DNA from: Balanoglossus misakiensis
Lineage: Eukaryota; Animalia; Hemichordata
Assembly: GCA_040954595.2 (NCBI GenBank)
Contig: CM082576.2
Coordinates: 5,058,760 to 5,122,759 of the forward strand
Reading direction: 5' to 3'
Length of the DNA stretch: 64,000 bases
Shown here: positions 50,662-63,583 of the stretch, piece by piece
How positions within the stretch are numbered: position 1 is the stretch's first letter
Layout: every line of letters begins with the position of its first letter
Program-made: the position numbers and the translations under genes
The notes under the pieces: generated by a model
What the model saw: only the letters and a program-made list of their open reading frames with translations
What the model was told of the DNA's origin: nothing
Databases searched by the model: none

Positions 50662-53464
50662 TCAATGAAGTTTGAAAAGTCTGTTCGTCTGATGCATGTC
50701 GTCCACGTACCTGCAGATAATTAAAACAAATAAAAGATGGATATTAAGTCTAATCGTAACACCGCGCCGTTGCGATCTATCGACAAGAACGTATCACAAT
50801 GCCAACCGACGGTTTCTACCCAACTGCAGCTCCGCCGAGTGGAATGCAAGGAATAATTCACCCGGGGCACCTGAGGTCATGGGAAATCGGGAGACTTTAA
50901 TAATCACTTCGGCAATACTATCATGCACTTTAATCACGTCGTAAAAAGGTCCGACTTTTTCAGTCATAGTATAGCCTGGTTCATTCTGAAAAAAACCCCG
51001 CCTGACTAACGTATAGCGCCTTTGGAATAATGGGCATTGTCATGACGAAAGAGGCCATGTATTTAGCATTGACGTACGAGAGAGAATCTCTCTCGTAAAT
51101 CAATCCGTGGTATTACATATGCAGAGAACGAGAACGGAGTGTGGTAGGGAAGTCTTCACCCGCAGTTATATTTCATAAAAATATGGCATGAAAATCTTAC
51201 AAAAAACAACTTCTTCCCGTGTAACTTAAATACGTGAACCAAGAGTCTCAATAGTTCAGGTGACCCAGGAGTGCCATTGCACGAATAGGCTTACAGAAGT
51301 GTCTTGTATAGCCAATACACAAAATAAGTCACTGACTGATCATGCGTTTTTTTCTGTACTTAATACCATGTCGCGACCTTCGACTAATCCATCATTTTAT
51401 GACGACGAACTATAGTGCTTTTTGAAACGTCTTATTTGCATTTGATGTGTGCAAAGCAAATTATTAGTGAGTGATCGAGTGTTTGCGTGTCAATAACTTT
51501 GACGTATCCATGGAGAGGGACTGGTGGAGGGAGGGAAACGGAGGGAGAATTTGTACTTTATATTTTGCAGCTGTTTTTTTTTTCATGCTGCATCTGAGTT
51601 GCTTAAATTACACGTTTTGTAAAGCGATCCTATAGACCTATATGCAAGCTCCGCGAAAGTTAGCCACCAACCTCATACATGTTGAGAAGTTTTACCAAGA
51701 ACAATCCACGAACCTATTGTCTGGTGCTCTAGTATATCGCCCTGCCAATTGTAATATTGTATAGCTCTACAGGCAGATTGGAAATACAATCACATCCAAC
51801 TGATGATCATCCTTGACTTTTCTGACCCCGTGGCTACATTGCATTTTTGCCGTGTTAATACGTTCACTCTACAGCTAGCGTTCGGGTTAATGATAGGTGT
51901 GCGGTGCGCGGCGAGAGTCAATTGATAGTCTACGCAGTTTATTGAGACCCGGTATCGATTTCGCGTATTTCATCAAATTACGCGTGGTGAGCTCCGACGC
52001 CTTTTGACAGCTGCCCGAAAAGATATTGACTGAGCCAAGACGACGGCTTGGATTCTTCATAATTTCTGCTAAACTGTGGTGTGAGCTGCCAATTTGCGTC
52101 ATGTAGACTTATCGATACCAGACGTTGCTGGGTATCCAATCGTTTCGCGTTGGCACCTACATGCCTCAGCTAAAATTGTCATTTGAGAAAGACGCGAAGA
52201 TAGCGATTAAATTTCTCAGTTTACAAAACAAAAAACAAATCAGGAGTCGCAATGACGTTATTATCTCTCACTTAGTGAACATGATATATAAAAAGGGGAC
52301 CTTGGACAGAAGAGATTTAGAACATAGGTTTGATTTGTGAAGACCTGTTTTACTGTTCATAGAGACTATGTGAATCAACAGGTTGCCCCTCGATTTACAA
52401 CCACAAGACTTACATGGACCATGGACACAGTCATGGAGCTACCACAGCGAGTACCAGGGTACCGAACTTGTCCTCGGGCAAGAGGAAATCTGTGGACTCG
52501 AACCCGGCTATTGTCATCATTACGTAATGTTTATGTACATGTTTGCTTTACTGTCTGTTTTAATTAGGTATAAAGACAACACACCACCAGGCCCGACCGT
52601 TAAGTCTACACATTCGTCTGTGGCTCCCTCCTGCTGGCGTTTTCTGATGGTCCTTTGTCTTTATGGTCGTTTTTTGTTCTCGTTTATTTTTTGGCAGGTA
52701 GTACAAAAATGATGAAAAAACAGTTATAAAGACAATCAGAAGCTACAGTAGGACCCATAGTTAGTCTGAGACCTACTACAGTACAAAGTCTGGACCCCTT
52801 GTGAGCAGGGAATCTACTATAACCACTAACAGAGCAGAGCATTGGGACCACAACTGTTTTGGTCTGGACAGAGATGCGTGACAATGCAAAAAACCCAACC
52901 TGTTAGTATATTAAAAGACACTCGGATATTTGTCTTGCGTACTTTCTGTTCATTTAAAAATCAAACGTGTTTTCTCTAATATGTATCAGAAAATGATTGA
53001 GGTTTTGGGGCTATATGTGTAGAGGCCTACCTAGTCATTGGACTGTTGATGTGCGGAAACCGTGTCTGTTTCACGCCAATCATGAAAGGTGGACAGGCGG
53101 CACCTGTGCCCCAGTTCGGCGGGCCATGACGGTACGATCGGCCGCGTGAAGGAAGGATTTGACGTAGAGTCGACCACTCTTCGGATCTTGTACTCGGCTG
53201 TGAAACGTATACTTCTTTCTCTTCGTGGCCGCGGTCGACTATTCCTAACGACGGTTCACCAAGCGGGACCCAGTGCGGCTGTGTTGACGGGAGACTTTTA
53301 TCTGTCATCAGCTTGTGTCTTGGTACGGGAGCCGTGCTTCTGAGATCCGTCGGTATGTACCTCTTCGACACCCAGACTGTCTGGAAATCGCCGTTGTCGG
53401 GCTCTTGGTGCCTGCTGTACAGATATTTGAAGGCCCCGAATGCGCCGTAGCTCTGGGCTGCCAT
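50662..53464 (-). CDS. Small two-exon protein (~160 aa) resembling TEX49/SPMIP11 (sperm/ciliary microtubule inner protein) at its C-terminus
   Basis: Exon 53464-53031 ends ...ATGACTAG|gtaggc and joins ctgcag|G at exon 50710-50662, giving ...TRFPHINSPMTRYVDDMHQTNRLFKLH*. From memory this resembles the TEX49 C-terminus (RH...S.MTRFMD......R.F.L.). The gene structure is well supported; the family call is tentative. Confidence 0.7.
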
Positions 53465-53545
53465 CGTTTCAGTGCAAAGTACTTCCAGTGACCGGCGATC
53501 GACCGAACGTTCCGTGCGCCTGTTGCTGGACGCGTAACTAACGAG

Positions 53546-53555
53546 GTGACGTCAC
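53546..53555. promoter_or_regulatory. Palindromic CRE (CREB/CREM site) ~80 bp upstream of the TEX49-like ATG
   Basis: GTGACGTCAC, containing the full TGACGTCA. Confidence 0.5.
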
Positions 53556-54796
53556 TAATGCGGTGGAATAAATACACCAGCAGCGCGGCGCATGTCAGCT
53601 TACAATGCAAGCATTGGAATAGATTATACAATCAACAAAGGAACAATGGGGAGAAGCAATTCTGTTCATTTCATCCATTGATAAGTGGTCCCGTTACCTT
53701 TTGATAACCACATTGTTCCATTACCGAAGGGTTGCCGGGTAATACAGCCACAGAAAGACCAAGTGTATACATAGGTTGTCTCTTCATATCAACATTCCGA
53801 GACTGTCGTATTTAAAATTCAATCGTGTAAATAACGGTCTTTGCGAACGCAAAAGGAAAATATGCCTAATCACACACAGTTTGTTCAATAACAGCTTTTA
53901 TTGTTTTGAAAATGTTCGCGACGTCACATATGTTCCCCAGATCCAAATTGGTTGGAACATATGAACCCGTCAACCTTTTCCATCCATATGTGCAAACCCC
54001 CGAGTTCTCTATAGTCTCCCAAGTGTTCTCTTTCCAGCGTCTCTTTTAATCTTCACTTGCTATGATTTCCTTAAAAATATAATTAGGGCTTCTCAACCTG
54101 ACTACCGTCGTTTCTTGTAAAGTGGTGTTTGAGGCCAAAAATGGGCCTGACAGTACCGTTATACTCCCAAGGTTGTACAAAGGTGAAAGTGGTCCGCTGT
54201 CTGTCACTTTAAATGCATGGTGCTTATGACAGGTAACTGTTTCAAAGTGTGTAGGCCTACACATTTCGAAGAAGCTTATGAGCTACTTGAGCGACAAACA
54301 TCATGTGGTGTCACGTTGGAACCTCGCACAACTCAGAGACCCTCTTTTTAGAGAATGTGTAGGGTAGACAAAGTGCAAGCCAAAACGAACAATTATAGCA
54401 ATGCATAGATGCACAAACAAGTTAAACAATACCGTTTTATTTGATGATTCTTTTTCACTATTTAGTTTATGCAACATTTCCTTGTTCACCTCGCTAAAGC
54501 ATTCAGAAAGTTGTCTTAAGGCTTAACACCTTAAATTCAGTTCTGGTTTGATGGTTTTAGCTTGAATGGTCTTTTTGTTCCGTTTATTTGGTGAAACTTT
54601 TGCCATTTAATAGTGTTCCCATTCTACTTTTTCAGTTGGAAGGTCTAAAATTTGGCTGAGTCGGCACTTTATTTGGTAAAAGTCACACCGGGTCTCTCGA
54701 TTTATCGCACGGCGTCTTTTGCGGCTGATAGGCGGCGCTGCAGCTTATGGGGAAAATTAATAACTTACCTAGGGAGTTAAAAACACATTATTCAAA

Positions 54797-57700
54797 ATGG
54801 CTGCGCCCAGGGAAGACGAAGGTTCAAAAGTGGCCGAAACTGACGATGGAAATGCAACGAGTGAAGAAGTAGGGACAGACACCGGGACTGCAGAGATCGA
54901 AAAAATACAAGATGGACAATCGGCGACACATGATGAGGTATCCGAAGGAAAATTCGGTGGCGAATTCAAGGCACCTACTTTCCAGGTGCCCTCTCTGAAG
55001 TTGAACTTGACGGGAAAACAACAAACCTCAAAATCTAAGTCGGACACGTCAAAGGTTGGGGATAATTCTGACACTGTGGGTTCGCTCTCAAAGAAAGGAG
55101 AGAGGGATATTGCAGAACGGCCGCCAGTCCCAAATCTTACCAAAGGATCTACTAAGCCAGAAAAACCAGCGACAGAATCACTACCAACGTCAAGTAAACG
55201 TACTACGAAATCACCCGCAGAGCTACTTACAGCGCCACCACCGCTACCTTACAGAGAGCCACAGTGGAGTGGCCTTCCAGAGCTCAATTACTCCCTGGAT
55301 GTGCTCAAAAACGGCTGCATTGTAGCAAACATTCCATTAAATGACAAACCCTTCCATGTGTTTGGGCGTCTGGATATCTGTGATGTACCTTTAGAACACC
55401 CGTCAGTTTCTCGCTATCACGCCATCCTCCAATACAGAGCATTTGCCGATGATGAACACACCCAGAGTTTCTACATCTATGACTTGAACAGCACACATGG
55501 AACTTTCTTGAATAAATCCCAGTTGACAGCAAAAACATATTACAGGATGCGTGTTGGATATATGTTCAAACTTGGTGGAAGCAGCAGAAATTACATATTG
55601 CAGGTACAGTATGCTTTTGTACTCTGGAATAGAAATAACTGCTTGTACTAATAAGTAAGACTGCAAGTTGAAACATTGTATGGAAAGCAAACATTTGTAT
55701 GTTCATTACTTTGAGTAAATTAGGATAAACTCTGATGGAATAAATAAAACTTTGTGAGACTTGTGCAATTGCCTTTGTGTAGGGACCCGATGAAGATCAA
55801 GAAGAGGAATCAAAATACACTGTGACAGAATTGAAGGAGATGAGACAGAAACAGATGGAGAAGTTAGAGGCTCTAGAAAAAGACGAAGAAGGAAATGATG
55901 ATGATGATGACAAGGGGAGGAAAGAGGAGGAAGTTGCAAAACAAGAAGAGGACACTGGCATTGATTGGGGAATGGGTAAAGCTGGATTTTTTTCTTTAAG
56001 AGTTTTGCTCAGATGTAATTGTGCAACAGCTGACCATTGTGGGTGCCATCAACCCAAACTGAAAAAAAAGTCACATAAAGTCCTGGACTTTGAAGTCGAT
56101 AACAAGAAGAGCAAAAATAATGGTCTGTCCAGTGTTTTTCTTGGTGTGATCTTGTGACCTGTTGATCTTGATCCCACCAAAAGAGAAATGAAAAATAATG
56201 GTTGAGTTTAAAAGAGGCTTGGTTTCTGTTACTGTATCAGCACTTTGATCCTCAACTACACTTGCATTAACTGATGTCTGTTTTTTTGTAGGTGATGATG
56301 CCGTAGAGGAGGACATGGCAGAAAACCCCTTTGCAATCCTGGAACCCAAAGAGCCGCTAGACTTGAAAGATCCAAAGAAAACCCTGCGCGGTTTCTTTGA
56401 AAGAGAAGGTACATTGTATATTATAAGGCTGATGAATTTCTGATCAATATTATTAGAAAACCAGTCAAATACAACTGTTAGTCATAAAGTTGTGTTGAAA
56501 AATCTAGACATGATAGTTTTCAGACATATAAGTAAAAGTCTACTTTTAAGTTGTAAGAATTACCACTGAATTGTTTTGTGTGTGATTTTCTTCAACAGGG
56601 GAAGAGTTAGAGTATGAGACGGATGAGAAGGGTTTTGGCCACAGTCGTCAGTTTGTGTGTAGAGTCAGGTACAGTCAATATGTGCTCATCAAAATAAGAC
56701 AATTCCTCAAGTTCTTTGTGATGAATTGGGTATGGAAGTATTTGCATGTTATGTTGGGCTGGATGCACAGTGTGAGTACACGTAGAGCTTCATTGACAAT
56801 TGATGATTCTGCAGGTTTTTGGCAATGGAACAATCCCATTGTTTGCTATCTGTTCATGTTCACAACTCAGAGTGACCTCTGCCACTGCCAGTCTTTTAGC
56901 ATTCAACGTAGCCTCCATTATTATACTTTGGTCAGTCTAAACTCTTCAAGTTGTGGGAATGAACCTTAGCAGTTTGTCAGGTTGTGAAATTCATGTCTCG
57001 TCTTTCCTTTGGAACAGATTGCCACTTGATGATGCCAATGGACAGCCCATCTATGCTGAAGCTGCAGTTTCTGGGAAGAAGAAAGAAGCTGTTCTGGCAT
57101 GTGCTTTGGAGGCGTGTCGAATACTGGACAACCATGGTGTCTTGAGACAAGCTACTCATGGTACGATTTTCTCTTCAAAATTTTTTGATTTACAGGCATC
57201 TGTTATCAGTACATGTAGTTATTAAAGACATTGCTACCAGCATTGTAATGAGAACAACTGAAATAATCACCAACTGAAATGCTAAAAATTTTCCCTCTAT
57301 TTTTTTTGCCAGAGAGCAAGAAGAGAAAAGCGAAGAATTGGGAAGATGAAGATTACTATGACAGTGACGATGACACATTCCTGGACAGAACGGGAATGAT
57401 TGAAAAGAAGAGATTGCAGAGAATGAAAAGAGCCGGCAAAGAAGAAAGTGTTGTGGATACATATGATTCTTTGGTAAATATTTTTATGTCTGGTTTATGA
57501 AATTATACATGAGAAACGATTGTAGCAATGGTGTTGAGTGCTGTCTGCTGATGTTGATGATGATAAGTACCGGTATGAGTAACTGTAATCACATCTTTTT
57601 TCTTTTCAGATGACTAAGTTTGCTGCTGTTGAAAAAGAAGTTAATGATGTTGAAAAGCAGCTGGCGGAGAAAGAATCATGTAAGAATCCCATAAAAACCC

Positions 57701-59991
57701 TCACTTTCATCCTTCTAGTAACAAAGAAACCCTTTATAAAGTGCTCATTTTTGTAAAGCACCCATTTCTAATCTAGTGGGTAGGTTTGTGGAGAGAAAAG
57801 TTGTAATGTGAGAGATTCATGAACATTGATTTGATTTGTTGAATTGTGTTTGTCACACGGATGACCTGTGATTGGTCACTTTTTGTCACATGACTGAATT
57901 CTGAAAGCGTGATTGGTCAACTTTCAGTGGCAGAAGCGGAGAAGGCATCTGGCGAGGATGCACTGGACGCATTCATGAAATCCATCAAGGAAGGCAAAGG
58001 AACGGACAAGATTTCCAGATCCAAACTCAAACTGAAACTCTTTGATTTGCGGAAGGAAAAGGCCAGATTAGAAAGACTGATAAAGATCGCCAAACCCACA
58101 GCCTTACCAGAGCTGGTCAGGTTAGTGTCAAAGTGTGACCTTAATATCATACATGGCATGCCTGATTAATGGATATTGTGTATGATTTGTAGCCAAATGC
58201 AGCTGATAAAGTTTGTGTATGACACATTCGAGTGTATCAATACTACAGAAATGGGAGCACATTGCCTCTTATGCTACTTTTTTTGTAACTGTTCCAGACC
58301 AGCACCAGTTCCATCAACAAAGAAGTCAGAATCAACAAAACAAGTCATGGTTGGCAGGATGCCAATGATTGGAGCCATGAAACGAGGGAAAATTTCATTC
58401 AAGAAATTGAAAACAGAGGTAAAAATAGTTAACAAATTCATGTAGATATATGAAAAGATTGTAAACATGAAAAAAAAGAGGAACAATTTGATATTAATTC
58501 ATCAGGGTTATTCAGGACCTTATACCCTTCCCTCATTAAAAATAAATTGCAGTTTGAACTTTGTGACAATTTGAAAATGTCTCTTACCTCACGTGTGTGA
58601 ACATGTGAGCTAAAATGGGAGCTTCAGTGTCCTTGAAGCTATTTCTGTATCTCTGCTACCTGCCAGGTTTCATCCACAAGTACAGTCAAACCTAAAATGG
58701 ATGAAGCAACAGAAGAGGAGGAAGAAGAAGAGCAAGGAGAACAGGATGATGGTCTGCCTGTTGCCATGGAAACAGCCAATCTGCAGGTTCAAAAGGATTC
58801 AGTAATTTCTCCAGGTAAAAAGAAGAGTAATTGATTTCTCTCTCCAGCTGGGCAGTCTTCCTGCGGTGCAAGAGCCTAAGAGGGTTTGGCTTCTCTTCGT
58901 GTGCTTTGAAGGAGAAACTTTGAAAAGAACGGTCTTCTTCAGAACACCAGATTGACTTCTCCTGACTCATCCTGAGGCATTATGTTCAAATGTAACGCAT
59001 CAGCAAAAACTATACTTTGAGCGAAAACAATCTATTTTTGAGGCATTATGGTTCAGTGGTGATTCCTGCAAAACATTTACTGGTACTCTATTATTAACAT
59101 TATGACTCCCATTGTAAGTAACACTATAATGGCCCCCCATTGAAGTTGCAACCTGTGCAGTAAGTTGCAGTCTTGGGTAGATTCCACTGCAATTCAAAAT
59201 GGAGGAACACTACACGCTGTACATATGTAATGATGGGTGTGACAATTTGAATACAAGTTTGGACTGAAATTCAGTTTTCAGCCACAACAGTGCTGTATAT
59301 CGAATGTATATCGAATGTCTTTGTGATGAAAGTGTTCACTTGTCTGTCATGTTATAATGTTGTCAGTTTTGATAAAGTGTGGATTTTCCATTTTGCTGGT
59401 AGATCTTGAGGAGAGTGAATGTGATGAGAAGATTCTGGAAGGCAAGAGCAGATTGCCAGACAAGAGTGAAGAAATGCACGTACCAAGAGACCATGAATTG
59501 AGAGAGGAATCCTTGAGTCCTGATATACTTTCTAAAGATGTCGAGAAGGCATCATCAGCTGCAGACAAATCAGAGCATACTGCTGCATCAGTTGATAGCA
59601 AGGTGGACAAGAAACGTAGCAAACCTCAGTTTGATTATGAAGCTGAAGAAGATGACCGATTTGCAACATGGATGCCCCCAAAAGGTAGCTACATTCTCTC
59701 AAGTACAGTTAAAACATGTATTTTTTCTACTTATATGTGTTCAAACTAAAATTTGTACGCGTGCATGCAGACACACACATACACATCTCTTGTTGATTAC
59801 ACTGTAATAACATGGCATAATATTGGTTTGAAATTAAAATCAGGAAAATAATGTAGAATGATTCCTCTGCATGTACAGAAGCTTTAACTTGACATTTGGC
59901 AACTGGTATAATTTCAATTTTTTTCAATGATATTCTTGCAGGTCAAACTGGGGATGGAAGAACTCATCTGAATGAAAAATACGGATACTGA
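54797..59991 (+). CDS. SLC4A1AP: Kanadaptin (SLC4A1 adaptor protein; FHA and dsRBD-like domains), ~784 aa
   Basis: Exons: 54797-55603, 55783-55975, 56292-56408, 56599-56668, 57018-57160, 57313-57473, 57610-57679, 57928-58120, 58298-58418, 58667-58814, 59403-59684, 59942-59991 (2355 nt, in frame). FHA motif [24 protein letters not shown]...[11 protein letters not shown]. Other motifs: [33 protein letters not shown], and the diagnostic C-terminus [21 protein letters not shown]. Confidence 0.95.
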
Positions 59992-61247
59992 TGGACCAGC
60001 TTTGCATTAGCCGTGTAAATTTTGATGACTATTCATTTTGCTCCTACATTGAACTTTGACCTACAAACTTTGACCTCTGTTGGCAAAGGGTGAATCTTCT
60101 TCAATTTGTAAGATGGGTGCACCTGACTGCATATTAAACCATTTGCTGTTTGTAGGCTTTCTTATACCCAGAAGATAGAAATGACATGTTCTTTGGCAGT
60201 GAAAGTTTGTAAATAAACGTATAATCTTTTATCAAACAATTTTTACAAGTGCATATTTTGCATGAGCCCCATCATGTGACGTGACATGGTTTATTCAAAG
60301 GCGATAAGCATGATAAAGGTGACGCACCACTTTTCCTCCACACTTAGAGGGTATGGGTCATAGGTCATCCTAAGTCAAATTCCGGAAATAGAACTCTCCA
60401 TTGGATTTCCAGAATAATTCGTGTCGTGGACGCGATGTGATGGCTTTGTTTGTCGAAGTACCCGTGCTACACATGCCCCGTGAAGGTAACTGCTTTATCT
60501 TTACGTCCGTAGTTTATTTTAAAATCTTGCTTTCGTGGAATAGGAGACATTTACTGTAGAGCAGGGCCCGGCCGGTCTGTGGCGTGGTACCTCCTCCACA
60601 GAATCTTCTAAGTTCCATGCACGAACTCGCAAGGTCGAGTCGTGTTGCCCAACCGCTAGCCGGTCATTACTGGACACTCGGGCATACTCTTAGGGTTATC
60701 ATGATACCATGAATCTGTCGCAGTAGGTCTGTGTTCATTAGCCTGGGCTGTAGCTAGTCGGGTTCATGTCGAGTTTGTGACCCGCAGAACCTGCTCATAT
60801 ATCCACAGAGGTAACTGCACAAAATTTATTCCGTTTTCATATTGACTGTTTATAAGCTTATAAGCTTTGCCCTTGTTTGTGTCGCACGTGGGATGATATG
60901 GGTGAAAACTGCACGTGTGTGCAATTCACATGCTCTGAACAATGCAGGTGTCTTGGACGTAAATCGTGTGTGTGTGGGGGGGGGGGGGGGTACACTGCAA
61001 CCGTGCGAACGACTCAAACTAGTTACCCGATCGCGTTTCTGAGAAAGAAAGCCTAGTTGTGAAGCGTGATGTCAACTTGAATAGTCTCATAAAAAAATAT
61101 TTTTAATGACGCAGTCTTTTGTTCATTAGATTGCAGGTAAAAAACACTTCACAAGCAACTACAGATGGCAGCCTTGACGTTGATGTGAAGTCATTGCAGT
61201 ATTGGTTGTCAAGTGTTGATAACCACTTGGCTGTGCACGTGAGTGTA

Positions 61248-63583
61248 ATGGCCGCGGTAAAGAACGCCAGGCAAGGCAGAACCAGATCAACCCGCAAGAA
61301 GATCTGCCCAAGTGTTCATCACGTCTTACGAAGCCACACAAAGGCCAAGACAAAACCCAATTGGATGTTACTGCCACCAGATATTTTTTTCCGTATATTT
61401 TCATTTGTAACGCCAGGCGACAGGTGCAACTTGCGAATTGTCAACAGTACCTTCCGAGGTATCATTGACCATCCGACCAATTGGTCGCGGCCGATCCGTC
61501 TCTGTAATGTCCACAAGTACGACGAAAACGCCTGGAAGTTGATGAAAGCCCGCAACTTGAGGTGCATAGAAATTGGGAAGTTAAGTAAGAAAAACTTCAA
61601 GAAGTTTTCCAGGCAGGTGCGCTCTCTGAGAAGCTTGAAAGCCATGGGGCCGATGAAGGTGTCTCACTTGAAAGCACTGCAGTTTCAGAAAGATTGTCTG
61701 CAGGAGCTGACCATTAAAGACAGCAGCTTGCTGTCGGATACCGAACTGGTTGACGGCATCACTCAGTTCAGTAGATTGAAGAGTCTGGAGCTGGGAAATA
61801 TCAACAACTTGAGGAATGATTCCCTCAAGCTGCTTGTGAATCTAAGAAATCTAGAGTCGTTGACTCTTTGTAAGGCCAATGCCCCCTACCAATATGGCTT
61901 CCAAATCACCGGCTCCGGACTGCAGTATGTTCTCTTCAGATTGCCTAATCTGAGGTCGTTGACCCTGTTCGCGATCAATGGCATGGATTTCAATCTGTCC
62001 AGCGCATTGACCTCTCCATATGAAGGCAATGGTGACAGCGATGAATCAGTAAGCATTGCTGAAGGTGAGTTCTTATTTTCCATGCGGTAGCTCTGATACA
62101 AGTTTTTATAGTATACCATATTGAATAGTAAGGTATGATAATGATAAAACATATTTTGTAAAGTTATGCTCATAAAACAGAGTGTATTTTTTATATATTG
62201 TTGCCCTTTGGTTTGATTATTCAGTAAAGTAAGAACTGCATCCCAGTTCATAGATGTCAATCTGACTGGGCTGTGGTTTGCCTGAGTTTCACTATGTGAA
62301 CACAGCTAAGTAATGTTTTTTATACACTGTGGAATAGTGTTTCATGAATTGTAATTTCTGACAACAGGTGACGAGTCTGAAGACAAGCCCTTTAGCAGCC
62401 TGAACCTGGAAACTCTGAATTTGCCGTTTTCACTGAATTTCCCTCTGACCGACTCGGCTTTGAAACAGTTAGAAACTGTGACCAGTCTGTCTCTGCACGA
62501 GTCCTACCTGCTACGCAGAAGAGATCTCCGCAAACACGATGTCATACACATATTTAAAAGACTGAAAAATGTGAAGAAACTTGATCTATCATGTAAGTGA
62601 ATTCCCAGGGTTCATACTGTATTTGTTTTATGCACCCATCTGCTGGACCCGTACGACCACTGTCATTGGGTGGCATTCAGAATGGCAACATATAAGTTGG
62701 TACATGTGACCATCATCATGGCTGAGTGAGTTTTGTCAGGAGTTGTGGGTTCAAGTCCAACCAGTTCCACTCCAGTGAAAATCCTACTCGTGACATTGTT
62801 GACTTTTCCGTGTAATGAAATGTCGTACTCTGATTTCTTTATTACAGCTTCAAACTGTCAAAATGATGTGTTGGCAAACCTACCTCGCAGTGTTGAATGG
62901 CTTGATCTGAGAGACTGCTACAGTGTCTCTGTGCTTGGGATCCAATCACTGGCAGAGATAGTCGGTCCTCAACTAAAGTATCTTGGACTAGCTCTCTGCA
63001 ATCGCCTGTCAGCGCCATTACTGTCGTCTTTCAGTAGACTCTTTCCCAATTTAGAGGAACTTGACCTTAGGTAAGTGGATTACCAAACAATGTATGTACC
63101 CAAACCCATTTTGTTTTTGTTGAATGATTATAGTTTTCATTTTCAAGCATGTGCAACACAATAGTGCATATCTATTACTCAACACAAGTTCTGGAAAATT
63201 GCATTTTTGAAATCAAATACATGCACTCTTTGAAAAGTAGTTAACCAAAACTCTTAGAAAGACCCAGACTGTCAGTTGACTTAAGGATATGAACCCAGGT
63301 CAAGTAAATGTAGTCAAGAAATTAGTGATATATTTAGGATTTATTTTATATTTCCAGGGTTGTCACAGTAATGCATGACCTTCCATGTCTTTTTTCCAGT
63401 TGTTGCAGAGCTGTCACTGTATCACACTTCAAGGTGTTTCTACAACTTGAGAAACTGCGCGTCCTGAGACTAGTTGGCTGTCCACAGATCACAGAGGAGT
63501 CCATCCAAAAAGCTAGAGATGAGTCAGAAAATCGAATTCTCATCACAGGACCCAAATACATCTACAAGCAGGACAGAAGATAG
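61248..63583 (+). CDS. F-box/leucine-rich-repeat protein (FBXL-like SCF substrate adaptor), ~482 aa
   Basis: Exons: 61248-62064, 62368-62592, 62848-63070, 63400-63583 (1449 nt, in frame). F-box WMLLPPDIFFRIFSFVTPGDRCNLRIVNSTFRGII...W, followed by LRRs such as LRNLESLTLC, VEWLDLRDCYSVSVLGIQSL, LEELDLSCCRAVT and LRVLRLVGCPQITEESI. The start codon is uncertain; an upstream exon may splice to the acceptor at 61135-61136. Confidence 0.85.
62706..62790 (+). mobile_element. Degenerate tRNA-derived (SINE-like) fragment in an F-box gene intron
   Basis: A-box-like TGGCTGAGTG followed by B-box-like GGGTTCAAGTCC. No complete cloverleaf can be drawn. Confidence 0.3.

Noticed and set aside
58761-58774. 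X-box-like GTTGCCATGGAAAC in kanadaptin
   Set aside because: It lies within a coding exon (V-A-M-E-T) and is explained by codons.
62706-62790. tRNA gene
   Set aside because: It has A- and B-box-like motifs but no acceptor or anticodon stems. Kept only as a low-confidence SINE-like relic.
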